Below, piece after piece: positions 1-8,155 of a stretch of DNA of 29,906 nt. The position numbers and the translations under genes are program-made. Positions within the stretch are counted from its first letter, which is position 1. Each line of letters starts with the position of its first letter. The notes below the pieces were generated by a model, which saw only the letters and a list, made by a program, of their open reading frames with translations, searched no databases and had not been told where the DNA came from. The stretch comes from a virus (taxonomy: Duplodnaviria > Caudoviricetes), in the IMG/VR virus record IMGVR_UViG_3300044711_000137, positions 1-29,906 of that record. One strand, 5' to 3'.

Positions 1-357
1 ACCGGCCGCCTGGATGCCGCCGACGCGAAAGAGAAAGACGACGCGAAGTTACTGGAGCAGTGGAGGCGCCAAGTGAAGACGCGCGATCGCGGGCGCTGCC
101 GGGTCTGCGGTGTGAAAACGATCGCCACGATGGAGCTCGATCCGAAGCGTGGCGAAGCGCATCACATCGTGAGCCGCGCCGATAAATCCGTGCGCTACGA
201 CGTGCGCAACGGGCTGCACGTCTGCTTACGCGATCACCGACGGTTCAAGGGGCATCGGCTGCACGTCGTCGGCACGGCGGCGCAGATGTTTGTCGCGGCG
301 AATGGCAAGTCGTATCTCGATGCGAGCTGGCCGTTGACGTTCAAGGAGACACGCTGA
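1..357 (+). CDS. HNH endonuclease (5'-truncated by window edge)
   Basis: Frame is open from base 1 (TGRLDAADAKEKDDAKLLEQWRRQVKTRD). It carries RDxxxCxxCG, EAHHIVSR and NGLHVCLRDH, the Zn-binding HNH pattern. Confidence 0.8.
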   Translation, partial: TGRLDAADAKEKDDAKLLEQWRRQVKTRDRGRCRVCGVKTIATMELDPKRGEAHHIVSRADKSVRYDVRNGLHVCLRDHRRFKGHRLHVVGTAAQMFVAANGKSYLDASWPLTFKETR

Positions 358-566
358 TGCGCGCGGAACTGGTCGCGCTGGTGGCGCAGTGGCGGGCGAA
401 TGCTGACACGCGCGACTCGCAACCCAAGAATAAACGCGACGCCTCAGCGGCGGTCGTCTATCGGATCTGCGCGGACGAAATTGAGGCGTTGCTGACCAAA
501 GGCCCCCTGATCGACGACGAACGCGACAGTGTGCCAGAACCCGTTGATTCTGACGACATGCCGTGA
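357..566 (+). CDS. hypothetical phage protein
   Basis: AAGGAG RBS upstream; TGATG and GTGA overlaps with both neighbours. Confidence 0.7.
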   Translation: MRAELVALVAQWRANADTRDSQPKNKRDASAAVVYRICADEIEALLTKGPLIDDERDSVPEPVDSDDMP

Positions 567-1180
567 TGCTGATTCTCGTCTCCGGGGCGACGGCGACCAT
601 GCGAAGCGTAGACGATGCCCGCTTCGGCGTGCTCGTCGTGCCCGCGGCCGGGAATGATCCCGCGTCGTTGCCGTTGGTGCCGGGCCGCTGGGCGATGGAT
701 AACGGCGCGTATAGCGGCCTCGACGTGGCGGCCTTTGTCGGGATGCTGCAGGCATGTCACGGGCGCGCGGGGTGTCTGTTTGTGACCGCGCCGGATGTCG
801 TGGGCGATGCGACGGCGACGCTGGCGCTCTGGCCCTTCTGGTCGGCGCTGATTCGCGGCGTCGGCTTTGCGCCCGCCTTCGTCGCCCAGGACGGCATGAC
901 GGTCGCGCAGTTGCCCAGTGGCGTCGGGGCGCTCTTCATCGGCGGGACCACGACCTTTAAGTTGAGCGCCGACGCGCGGACGCTGGTGGCCTATGCGAAG
1001 GCGCGCGAGCTGTGGACGCATATGGGGCGGGTCAACACGCGGGGCCGGCTCCGGGAAGCGTATCGGTGGGGCATTGACAGTATCGACGGCACCAGTCGGT
1101 CGATGTTCCCCCAGATCCAAGTGACGAAAGATCAGCGATGGATGAACGAATGGCAGCAGCAACCCGCACTGTCACTGTAA
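563..1180 (+). CDS. TGT/DpdA-like TIM-barrel protein (putative DNA base-exchange/modification enzyme)
   Basis: Motifs WAMDNGAY, APDVVGD, FVAQDG, LFIGG, HMGRVN and DSIDGT occur in the order typical of phage queuine-tRNA-ribosyltransferase-like proteins. Confidence 0.55.
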   Translation: MMLILVSGATATMRSVDDARFGVLVVPAAGNDPASLPLVPGRWAMDNGAYSGLDVAAFVGMLQACHGRAGCLFVTAPDVVGDATATLALWPFWSALIRGVGFAPAFVAQDGMTVAQLPSGVGALFIGGTTTFKLSADARTLVAYAKARELWTHMGRVNTRGRLREAYRWGIDSIDGTSRSMFPQIQVTKDQRWMNEWQQQPALSL

Positions 1181-1347
1181 CGCGCGCGGAAGCGGCGCGG
1201 CGGGCGGTGTTCGCCGACTACGCCGCGAAGGCCGGGCGTCGGTCACAGGCGAGCGGGAAGGGCCATCGGTGGACGCGCGCGGATGCGGTCTGGTGGGGCC
1301 GGTTGGGCGGGCAGTGTTCACGCGGCAAGAAGGGCGCCGCGTTATGA
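1138..1347 (+). CDS. small basic protein with KGG-like motifs (start uncertain)
   Basis: AAKAGRRSQASGKGHRWT...GRLGG resembles KGG/stress-motif small proteins. Confidence 0.5.
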   Translation: MDERMAAATRTVTVTRAEAARRAVFADYAAKAGRRSQASGKGHRWTRADAVWWGRLGGQCSRGKKGAAL

Positions 1348-1479
1348 AGCTGGCCGACGGCGACGCGGTCGGCCCCCCTTCCGGCCATTCGCACGCGCGG
1401 CGGCGGCTTTCGCGGCGGAGGTGGTACGCCCCCCCTTGGTTCCGAGCGCGACGGCGTGCGGGTTCTTGCGTTTCGTCAT
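1342..1479 (-). CDS. small basic putative DNA-binding protein (KNPHAVALGxKGG...NGRKGGRP)
   Basis: ATG at 1479 overlaps the upstream stop (ATGA). Gives 45 aa MTKRKNPHAVALGTKGGRTTSAAKAAAARANGRKGGRPRRRRPAS, a motif recurrent in small phage proteins. Confidence 0.7.
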   Translation of the reverse strand: MTKRKNPHAVALGTKGGRTTSAAKAAAARANGRKGGRPRRRRPAS

Positions 1480-1694
1480 TGCGTGTGACCGGAGCGATTC
1501 GCTGGCGGCATGGGAACGACGACCGAGTCGCCCCCGTTCAGACTGCCGCAGCGCACGACCTGATGGGCCGCCATCCAGTCCCATTGCGGCATCTGGTCGA
1601 GCACCTCGCAGTCGATGACGACGCCGTCGTCCGGGTTCAGGGTCAGCACGATGTAGACCGTGCCAGGGTCAGTCGCAGGTGTGATGTTGTTCAT
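1476..1694 (-). CDS. hypothetical protein, probably near-leaderless
   Basis: Protein-like composition; ATG about 10 nt downstream of a -10 box; coupled to the next gene by ATGA. Confidence 0.65.
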   Translation of the reverse strand: MNNITPATDPGTVYIVLTLNPDDGVVIDCEVLDQMPQWDWMAAHQVVRCGSLNGGDSVVVPMPPANRSGHTQ

Positions 1695-1704
1695 GGTGAG
1701 CAAG

Positions 1705-1734
1705 ACTATAAACCGATGCGCTTGGGTTTGTCAA
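1705..1734 (-). promoter_or_regulatory. sigma70-type promoter with palindromic operator-like spacer
   Basis: Minus strand reads TTGACA (1734-1729), N18, TATAGT (1710-1705). The spacer holds the imperfect palindrome AAACCgAtGC|GCtTgGGTTT. Confidence 0.75.
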
Positions 1735-1744
1735 CTAGGGTGAA

Positions 1745-2365
1745 ATGCTAGGGAAAGGCATCGTGTTGAGTCTCTGTGATCGCACCGGCGTGATGGTGCA
1801 GCCGTGGCTCGCGGCGGGCCATAAGTGCTGGATCGTGGACGCCCAGCATCCGGCCGGCTATCACCGGGACGGATTGCTGACCCGCGTGGGCGGCGATGTG
1901 CGTGGGCTCCGTCATGCCTTCGTGGGTCCGCGCGTGATCACGTTCGCGTTTCCGCCCTGCACGAATCTCTCGGTGAGTGGCGCCCGCTGGTTTGCGGACA
2001 AGGGTCTCGAAGCGTTGCACGACTCGCTCGGCCTGGTCATCGCGTGCAAAGCGATCTGTGAGGCGAGCGGCGCGCCGTGGATGCTCGAGAACCCGGTGGG
2101 GATGCTCTCGACCTATTGGCGCAAGCCGGATTACACGTTCCAGCCGTGGCAGTACGGCGATACGTATACGAAAAAGACGTGCCTGTGGACCGGGGGCGGC
2201 TTCGTGATGCCGCCGGCCTGGCAGCGGACCAAGCCGGACGGGACGACGGCGACGATTCATCTGATGCCGCCGAGTGCGGATCGGGGCGACAAGCGGAGCG
2301 TCACACCGGCCGGCTTCGCGCAAGCGGTGTTCGACAGCAACCACCGACAGGCAGCGGTGGCCTGA
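1745..2365 (+). CDS. short phage-type C5 cytosine DNA methyltransferase
   Basis: LSLCD (motif I variant), FAFPPCT (catalytic PC), LENPVG, YTKKTCLW and RSVTPAGFA. Confidence 0.75.
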   Translation: MLGKGIVLSLCDRTGVMVQPWLAAGHKCWIVDAQHPAGYHRDGLLTRVGGDVRGLRHAFVGPRVITFAFPPCTNLSVSGARWFADKGLEALHDSLGLVIACKAICEASGAPWMLENPVGMLSTYWRKPDYTFQPWQYGDTYTKKTCLWTGGGFVMPPAWQRTKPDGTTATIHLMPPSADRGDKRSVTPAGFAQAVFDSNHRQAAVA

Positions 2366-2441
2366 CAAGGTTTCGGTCGGGGTCTTCTCGTGGAATAGGC
2401 CAGGGGGAGATCGCACAGTCAGGGAAGGGGAGGGTAGGCGC

Positions 2442-2777
2442 ATGAGTCTGAAACATCGGCAGCAGAACCCAGGGCTCGGAACACTCACACAGGGGCAGCA
2501 GGTCCAGCGCGGCGGCATGGTCGATAGCACGTCGGCGCCGTCATCTCCAGTGCGCCTCATTGGCGGGCGCGAATATTTCTCGGTCGTCGATGGGGAAATC
2601 CTCAACGTGATCGGCACGACCGATATTCCGGGGATGAGTCCGGCGTATTGGTTGCAATCGGATGAGGATGGATCGACGGCGCCGGTGTCGGTGAAAGAGG
2701 CGCCGATCTTCACCACGGCGCAACGGGCGCTCCAGTACTTGAATGAACAACGCGGCACCCGGCGGCCGTTGCAGTAG
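2442..2777 (+). CDS. hypothetical protein (start at 2442 or 2518)
   Basis: Globular-looking C-terminal half; GA-rich RBS-like sequence before ATG 2442. Confidence 0.5.
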   Translation: MSLKHRQQNPGLGTLTQGQQVQRGGMVDSTSAPSSPVRLIGGREYFSVVDGEILNVIGTTDIPGMSPAYWLQSDEDGSTAPVSVKEAPIFTTAQRALQYLNEQRGTRRPLQ

Positions 2778-2786
2778 GAGATGACC

Positions 2787-2891
2787 ATGTTTCTCATAGG
2801 ACTGCTCGGTTTCAGCGCGCCCTTGATCGGCGTCGCCTATGTGCGCGCCCTGGAATGGCTGATCGGCGATCCGGAGAAACGGCGACGGTAG
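2787..2891 (+). CDS. small single-pass membrane peptide (not in ORF track)
   Basis: AGGAG at 2776-2780; MFLIGLLGFSAPLIGVAYVRALEWLIGDPEKRRR is a hydrophobic helix with a basic tail. Confidence 0.6.
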   Translation: MFLIGLLGFSAPLIGVAYVRALEWLIGDPEKRRR

Positions 2892-2893
2892 AA

Positions 2894-2946
2894 GTTGGGG
2901 GGAGGCGCGCCGGGGACCCGCCGGGGCCGGCGCACCTCACCCAACA
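2894..2946. repeat. long GC-rich intergenic inverted repeat
   Basis: GTTGGG-gg-GAGGCGCGCCGG pairs with CCGGCGCACCTC-a-CCCAAC (one mismatch plus a small internal loop). No U-tract follows. Confidence 0.65.
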
Positions 2947-3071
2947 GTTAGAGGATCAGAAAGAAGATCACGCGCGCCGTGGCAGACGGGGGTCGTCAGG
3001 GAGGATTCGGTACCGCGTGGACGGACAGTGATGGCTACTAGCAACCGTTTCTCGTCTGAGTATGACCAACG

Positions 3072-3263
3072 ATGAGGGGTGGGCTTCGTCGAACGTGGCA
3101 TCACTTCTGGTTCGTGTGGCATGGCCGAAGGATCCGCGACTATCGAGAGTTGGTGGTGTTCCACGAGAGCGAGCAAGGTCGTCACATGGCGGCCGTTCAC
3201 AACATGGGTCTTGAGAACCCGTTCAACCGCGCGCTGGTCGAAGTGATGAAACGGCATTCATGA
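3072..3263 (+). CDS. hypothetical protein
   Basis: ORF coupled to the next gene by an ATGA overlap. Confidence 0.45.
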   Translation: MRGGLRRTWHHFWFVWHGRRIRDYRELVVFHESEQGRHMAAVHNMGLENPFNRALVEVMKRHS

Positions 3264-3460
3264 CCATGCGCGAGGCGATCACGCTGCTCGAGCGTAAATT
3301 AGCGCGCCGTCGGCGCTTGAATGCGCGCGATCCGTATCCGGGCGTGATGAAAGTGTCGAGTATCAGTCTCACGTTTCACGAGGCGGACGCGCTCGTGGCG
3401 TTGCTTCGTGGAGAAGGAGACAACGGACGGACAGACGACCACGAGCGGTCTTCGCGGTAG
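3260..3460 (+). CDS. hypothetical protein
   Basis: ATGA overlap; helical composition. Confidence 0.55.
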   Translation: MTMREAITLLERKLARRRRLNARDPYPGVMKVSSISLTFHEADALVALLRGEGDNGRTDDHERSSR

Positions 3461-3463
3461 CAA

Positions 3464-3769
3464 CGCCGAGGGGTGATGGCAACGCGTCCCAGAAGTGGTT
3501 GCAACGAGATGACCGGCCGATCCCTCGGCGGTCATGGCACGGGTCGGCGCGGTGGGGGGTCCTGTCAACGGTCATCCATCGCGTCGGCCCGGGCCGCATG
3601 AGGGAGACAACGGAACAACACGCGAGCCTGATGACGTACGCGGTAGCAAAGGCGACGGCCGGGTCACAGGCTGACACTTCGCGCAAGAGGCATTTGTTCT
3701 AACGCCACGGATCAGATCGGCTGCGGGTCGGGCCTCCCAGCCTCGATTCCGGATCAGCCGATCAGATCC
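3464..3769 (+). other. structured intergenic region upstream of the replication gene
   Basis: Stems 3464-3473/3521-3530, 3509-3520/3525-3535, 3541-3555/3576-3590 and 3709-3723/3755-3769. Confidence 0.5.
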
Positions 3770-3809
3770 AATTCAGTAGATCGGAGCGGGGCAGAGACGA
3801 CCGAGGCGG

Positions 3810-4574
3810 ATGGCCGCAGAGAAGTTACTGGCGGAATGGTTCTGGACGGATCGCTGGATGGGCTCGAGCGCGTTTCTGTTGCCGTTAGAGGCGCGCGGAC
3901 TGTATCGGGAAATGCTGACCCAGGCGTGGCGGCGCGGCGCGCGGTTGCCGAATGACCACGATGCGATTCGGCGGGCGGTTGGCTGCACCGATGAGGAATG
4001 GGCGCGCAGCTGGCCGCTGGTCGAGAAATATTGGCGGGTCAAACGCGACGCATTAGTGAATCAAACGCAGAGCGAAATCTATCGCCAAACGGTCGCGATT
4101 CGGACGGTGCGATCGAAGGCGGGACGACGCGGAGGCTTGACGGCTCAAGCACTTAAGGGTCAAGCAAAACCGCAAGCAAAGAGCGAAGCAAAATTCAACC
4201 CTCCGTCTCCGTCTCCGTCTCCGGATGTAGTTCCTACGGAACTACACAAAGAGCACACCGTGGAAATTGCACAAGAAACGCTCGACGCCAGAGCCGGGCG
4301 TCTCGTCGAGCGGTATGCCGAGTTGTTCTACCTCCATCGCAGAGGTGCTCGCTATCACAGCCGCATTCATCTGGATTTCATGAAAGCGCAGGAACTCGTG
4401 CGGACCTGGGCCGATGATGCGCGCTTGGAAAAACTCGCCATTATCGTGCTGGAAAGTGACGACGAGTGGATTAGTCACACCGACCGCGGGTTCGGGGTGT
4501 TCGCCGCGAAAGCCTCGTGGGCGGATGACCGGCTCGCGGCGTGGGAAGCGCAACAGAAAGCACAGGCGAATTGA
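3810..4574 (+). CDS. DUF1376/YdaU-like phage replication initiator
   Basis: N-terminal WFWTDRW...LEARGLYREML...W...LPND; RSKAGRRGG; PSPSPSP linker and separate C-terminal domain; GAGG RBS. Confidence 0.75.
   Translation: MAAEKLLAEWFWTDRWMGSSAFLLPLEARGLYREMLTQAWRRGARLPNDHDAIRRAVGCTDEEWARSWPLVEKYWRVKRDALVNQTQSEIYRQTVAIRTVRSKAGRRGGLTAQALKGQAKPQAKSEAKFNPPSPSPSPDVVPTELHKEHTVEIAQETLDARAGRLVERYAELFYLHRRGARYHSRIHLDFMKAQELVRTWADDARLEKLAIIVLESDDEWISHTDRGFGVFAAKASWADDRLAAWEAQQKAQAN
4146..4224 (+). repeat. iteron-like repeats, putative origin inside the initiator gene
   Basis: (C/G)AAGCA(AA) at 4146, 4161, 4173 and 4185 (12-nt period for the last three), followed by tandem CTCCGT. Confidence 0.55.
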
Positions 4575-5080
4575 CCGACGACGAACGCATCCGGCAGGCG
4601 GAAGCCGAACTGTGGGCGCTGCGCAAGAGCGTCAAACGGAAGCGCAAAGACGCCCACAAATCGGAAGGGAAATTAGCCGCCGCCTTCCGTGAAGCGATGC
4701 AGATGATTGACGCCCAGAAAGCCGAGGGCGTGCCGTTCGCGCAGCGGATTCAAGGGCTCGAGGCGGTGCTGCGGCAGGTGTGGCCGCAGACCCGCGCCTG
4801 GCACTACACCTGCGACGCCTGCAACGACTCCGGCCTCGTCATGCGCGTCTGTCAACGGGGCGCGCGGTGCAACGGCATCTCGACGCGCATCGATGGGCCG
4901 GGCGGGACGCCGGGCAAGTATCGGCGCCTGTGTGCGATCGATCCGCTGTCCGACTACGAACACGAGTATGGGACGCCGTGCTTTTGCGAGCGCGGCCGGC
5001 GGTTCCGCGATGCGCCCAAGGCGGGGCCTGACGATTTCAAAGACGCGGGCAAGAGCAAACCGACGAGAATTGGCCGATGA
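4571..5080 (+). CDS. Cys-rich Zn-binding protein following the initiator
   Basis: TTGA overlap with the initiator stop; CDACNDSG...PCFCERG plus additional Cys; no Walker motifs. Confidence 0.65.
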   Translation: MTDDERIRQAEAELWALRKSVKRKRKDAHKSEGKLAAAFREAMQMIDAQKAEGVPFAQRIQGLEAVLRQVWPQTRAWHYTCDACNDSGLVMRVCQRGARCNGISTRIDGPGGTPGKYRRLCAIDPLSDYEHEYGTPCFCERGRRFRDAPKAGPDDFKDAGKSKPTRIGR

Positions 5081-5460
5081 GTATCACACCAACCTGGGAG
5101 AACCCGTTCACGCTCGAGGGCGTCTTGGCGCGCTTCTGGAAACGGATCGCGTGCCGGCCTGACATGTGCGCGGACCACCGTCGCCACTTGCTCTACCTCT
5201 ACACCTACAGCTACGGCAACGAGCTCTGGCTGAAGCAACATCACAAGCGCGATCGCCGCGCCGAGTGGCACGCGATACGGGGGCAGAGGGCGTATCGCTT
5301 CCGCGGATCCTGCTGGGCGTGTGAAGCGGCCCCGCCGACCCACTGGCATCACATCGTGCCGCTCGCGCGCGGCGGCGATAATCGCTTCGATAATCTGGTG
5401 CCGCTGTGCCGGCGCTGCCATCACACCGTGCATCATCAGGAACTCGCGGTGCCGGCATGA
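5077..5460 (+). CDS. HNH endonuclease
   Basis: CWAC...HWHHIVPLARGGDNRFDNLVPLCRRCH. Confidence 0.9.
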   Translation: MSITPTWENPFTLEGVLARFWKRIACRPDMCADHRRHLLYLYTYSYGNELWLKQHHKRDRRAEWHAIRGQRAYRFRGSCWACEAAPPTHWHHIVPLARGGDNRFDNLVPLCRRCHHTVHHQELAVPA

Positions 5461-5558
5461 GCCCTTTAGGGCCCGGGTCGCTGCAGCGCCCCAATCGCAA
5501 CGAAGAAAACCAAGAACCGTTCAGCTTCGTTGCCTCTTCTGAAAGGAACGAGCGATGA
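5457..5558 (+). CDS. 33-aa peptide bridging two genes (not in ORF track)
   Basis: ATGA overlaps at both ends; MSPLGPGSLQRPNRNEENQEPFSFVASSERNER. Confidence 0.4.
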   Translation: MSPLGPGSLQRPNRNEENQEPFSFVASSERNER

Positions 5559-5956
5559 GCCCGGCGCGTGCCCTCTCCGCTCGCGCGACGCGGACGTTCA
5601 CAGCCCGGTCGAAGTATGGCGCGGTCCCGACCGTGTCGCATGGGATCCGCTTTCACAGCGCCGCCGAAGCCCGCCGGTACGACGAGCTACTGCTGTTGGC
5701 GCGCGCGGAGCGGATTACGCATCTGGTGATTCAGCCACGGTTCGACCTCTGGGCGGCGTGTCCCATGGAGAACGGGCGGCGCGACATCGTCTGTGTCGGC
5801 ACGTATGTCGCGGATTTCCAGTATCGCGATCAAGACGCGGGCGGCCGGACGGTCGTGGAAGACGTGAAGGGCATGAAGACCCCGCTCTATAAGCTGAAGA
5901 AGAAGATCGCGGAAGCGTGTTATGCGATGGAGATTCGGGAGGTGCGCCGCCGATGA
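5555..5956 (+). CDS. DUF1064-like PD-(D/E)xK nuclease
   Basis: SKYGA, GIRFHSAAEARRY, QPRFDL, YVADFQY, VVEDVKG and TPLYKLKKK. Confidence 0.85.
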   Translation: MSPARALSARATRTFTARSKYGAVPTVSHGIRFHSAAEARRYDELLLLARAERITHLVIQPRFDLWAACPMENGRRDIVCVGTYVADFQYRDQDAGGRTVVEDVKGMKTPLYKLKKKIAEACYAMEIREVRRR

Positions 5957-6129
5957 ACTGCCCGCATTGCCATCTGCGCATTGAAACCGAAGCCGAGAAG
6001 ACCAAAGCCCGGCGCGTGCAAGCGAAGTTGTGCGTCGAGTGTGGCGCCCCGGCCCTCGGCTACTTCCGCTGTTTCGCCTGCCGCCGCAAGATTGCCGACC
6101 GCAAACGGAAGGGACACTCCACTACATAA
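5953..6129 (+). CDS. small Zn-finger protein
   Basis: ATGA overlap; three CxxC pairs (CPHC, CVEC, CFAC). Confidence 0.65.
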   Translation: MNCPHCHLRIETEAEKTKARRVQAKLCVECGAPALGYFRCFACRRKIADRKRKGHSTT

Positions 6130-6204
6130 CCGCGTCGCGTGAGTCACGTCAGAACCGGACAGGCGCATACTCGCAGGCACGTCCCCTAAATCCGTGCGTA
6201 ATCC

Positions 6205-6486
6205 GTGATTCGTAATACCCGCGGCCTCAAGCGCGGCGGCAGTCCTGGGCGCCCGAAAGGCGCGAAGTCCAAGGTGACCCGGGAAATGGCGGAATTCTGG
6301 CGCGAGTTCCTCGACTCGGAGGCCTACCGCCACTCCGCCATCAAGCGCGTGCTCGCCGGCACCGCGTCGCACCTCGAGAACTACTGGAACGCCAAGCTCC
6401 ACGGCAAGCCCACCGAACAACTCGACCCGGCCGGCAACATCCTGCAACCGCCGCGTGTGATCTTTGAGCTCCGCCCCAGCACCTAG
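6205..6486 (+). CDS. putative terminase small subunit
   Basis: GGSPGRPKGAKSK N-terminal motif; position directly before the large subunit. Confidence 0.7.
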   Translation: MIRNTRGLKRGGSPGRPKGAKSKVTREMAEFWREFLDSEAYRHSAIKRVLAGTASHLENYWNAKLHGKPTEQLDPAGNILQPPRVIFELRPST

Positions 6487-6499
6487 CGCCGACGTCCGG

Positions 6500-7966
6500 A
6501 TGGTCTTCTCGGGCGAGATGGCCGCCTTCATTCAGGACCAGACCCGCCTGATCGACCTCGAGGGCGCCTTCCGCTCGGGGAAAACGACGGCCGCGCTGTG
6601 GAAGGTGTATCAGTCCTGCATCGAGCATCCCGGCATCCAGTGGCTGGTGTGCCGCTATGCCGATGGCGATACGCAGAGCAAGCTGAAACCGCCGTGGCGC
6701 CAGGTGCTCTACACGGCCGGCGTGACGCCGCGCTGGGACCCCGCCGAGATGTGCGACACGCTGCCCAACGGCTCGGTGGTCTACATCTTCGGCTTGAAGG
6801 CGCAGGATCAGGTGAGCCGCTATGCGAAGCTGCGCGGCATGACCTTGGCGGGGATCTACGTCGACCAGGCGGAAGAGTTGCCCCATGACGTGTTCCTCGA
6901 GTTGATTGGCCGCTTGTCGCAGGGCGGGCATCCGCATCAGATGTTGATGACCCCGAACCCGCCGGACGAGAACCACTGGCTCGCCGCCGAATTTCCCGCC
7001 GAGAACACGCTGAGAGGCCGCAAGTATTACAGCGTCCCCATCTATGCCAACGCGCACAACTTGCCCCCCGAAGCCATTCTCGGCCTCGAGCAGGCCTATC
7101 CGGCGGCGCACCCCAAACATCGCAGCGCCGTCCTCGGCAAGCGCGGGCTCAATGTCATCGGCAAACCGGTGTATGGCGGCGACCCGGAGCGCGGGCTGGC
7201 GCCCATGTTCAACCGCCAGCTCCACGAGCGCCGGCTCTCGCTGAACCCGATGTTGCCGCTGTGTGAAGCGGTCGACTTCGGCAAGCACCATCCGTGTGTC
7301 GTCTGGGCGCAGTTCACGCCGTATGGCGGGATTCAGTTCCTCGGCGGCATTCTCGGGCAGAATCTCTTCCTGAAGGACTTCGTGCCGATCCTGCTGTCGT
7401 ATCGCGCGCGCTGGTTTCCCGACCATCTCGAGGTGTTCACCTGCTGTGACCCGGCGGGGAGCCATGACAACAGCCAGGGCATCGACCAGAACGGCGTCTC
7501 CGTGCTGCGGGACTACGGCCTCGCCCCGCGCCATGTCGACAATGCGAATGCGCCGCAGATCCGGGCCGCGATGGTCGAACGCCTCGCGGCCTACATGCGG
7601 CGACGGACGCCCCAAGGGGAAGCCTTCGGGGTGAATGACACGAACTGGCTGCTCGTGTCCGCCGAGGTTGTGCGCCCGTGGGGGTTCCTGACCGACGGCT
7701 TCGAAGCCGGGTATGTCTGGGACGAGCACTACGTGTCGGTGGGGAGCAAACAGATCCGCAAACCCAAGAAGGACGGGTGGTATGAGCACGGGCAGAACTG
7801 TGCGGAGTATCTCGAGTTGTCCTTCGGCGGGGCGCAGCAGAGCGTGCAGCAGATCGAGCGGCACGCGGAGCGGATGAGCCAGCAGGCATTGCGGCGGGCG
7901 CAGCGGGACAATGACCCGGCGGACCGGCGGTATCAACAGGTGCGGACGGGGCGGGCGGGCTACTGA
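6500..7966 (+). CDS. terL: terminase large subunit (start at 6464 or 6500)
   Basis: Walker A GAFRSGKT, Walker B variant GIYVDQAEE, coupling motif TPNP, RNase H-like nuclease motifs AVDFG and CDPAG. Confidence 0.9.
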   Translation: MVFSGEMAAFIQDQTRLIDLEGAFRSGKTTAALWKVYQSCIEHPGIQWLVCRYADGDTQSKLKPPWRQVLYTAGVTPRWDPAEMCDTLPNGSVVYIFGLKAQDQVSRYAKLRGMTLAGIYVDQAEELPHDVFLELIGRLSQGGHPHQMLMTPNPPDENHWLAAEFPAENTLRGRKYYSVPIYANAHNLPPEAILGLEQAYPAAHPKHRSAVLGKRGLNVIGKPVYGGDPERGLAPMFNRQLHERRLSLNPMLPLCEAVDFGKHHPCVVWAQFTPYGGIQFLGGILGQNLFLKDFVPILLSYRARWFPDHLEVFTCCDPAGSHDNSQGIDQNGVSVLRDYGLAPRHVDNANAPQIRAAMVERLAAYMRRRTPQGEAFGVNDTNWLLVSAEVVRPWGFLTDGFEAGYVWDEHYVSVGSKQIRKPKKDGWYEHGQNCAEYLELSFGGAQQSVQQIERHAERMSQQALRRAQRDNDPADRRYQQVRTGRAGY

Positions 7967-8008
7967 TGGCCTACCTCCGCCTCGGCCACGGCACACGAGG
8001 AGGCAGCA

Positions 8009-8155
8009 GTGTCGAACCAACTCTACAACGGCGGGCGGGGCGGCCGGACGCAGAACAACCCGACGATGAAGTCCGCCGCGAAGATCGGCGGGAGCCACAA
8101 GGGGAAGGGCGGCCAGATGAAGCCGGCCCCGGTGAAGGGGAGCCACGCGAAATGA
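8009..8155 (+). CDS. 48-aa Gly/Lys-rich peptide (not in ORF track)
   Basis: Strong GAGGAGG RBS at 7997-8003, GTG start; MSNQLYNGGRGGRTQNNPTMKSAAKIGGSHKGKGGQMKPAPVKGSHAK. Confidence 0.65.
   Translation: MSNQLYNGGRGGRTQNNPTMKSAAKIGGSHKGKGGQMKPAPVKGSHAK

Noticed and set aside
3499-3702. 67-aa ORF in the structured region
   Set aside because: TTG start without RBS, and it runs through strong stems; a shorter peptide cannot be excluded.
6341-8146. 601-aa minus-strand ORF, and similar long antisense ORFs at 9078-10460, 17345-18874, 18324-19850, 21295-23166, 24047-25741 and 28210-29874
   Set aside because: Shadow frames of high-GC + strand genes; Arg/Gly-rich with no motifs.
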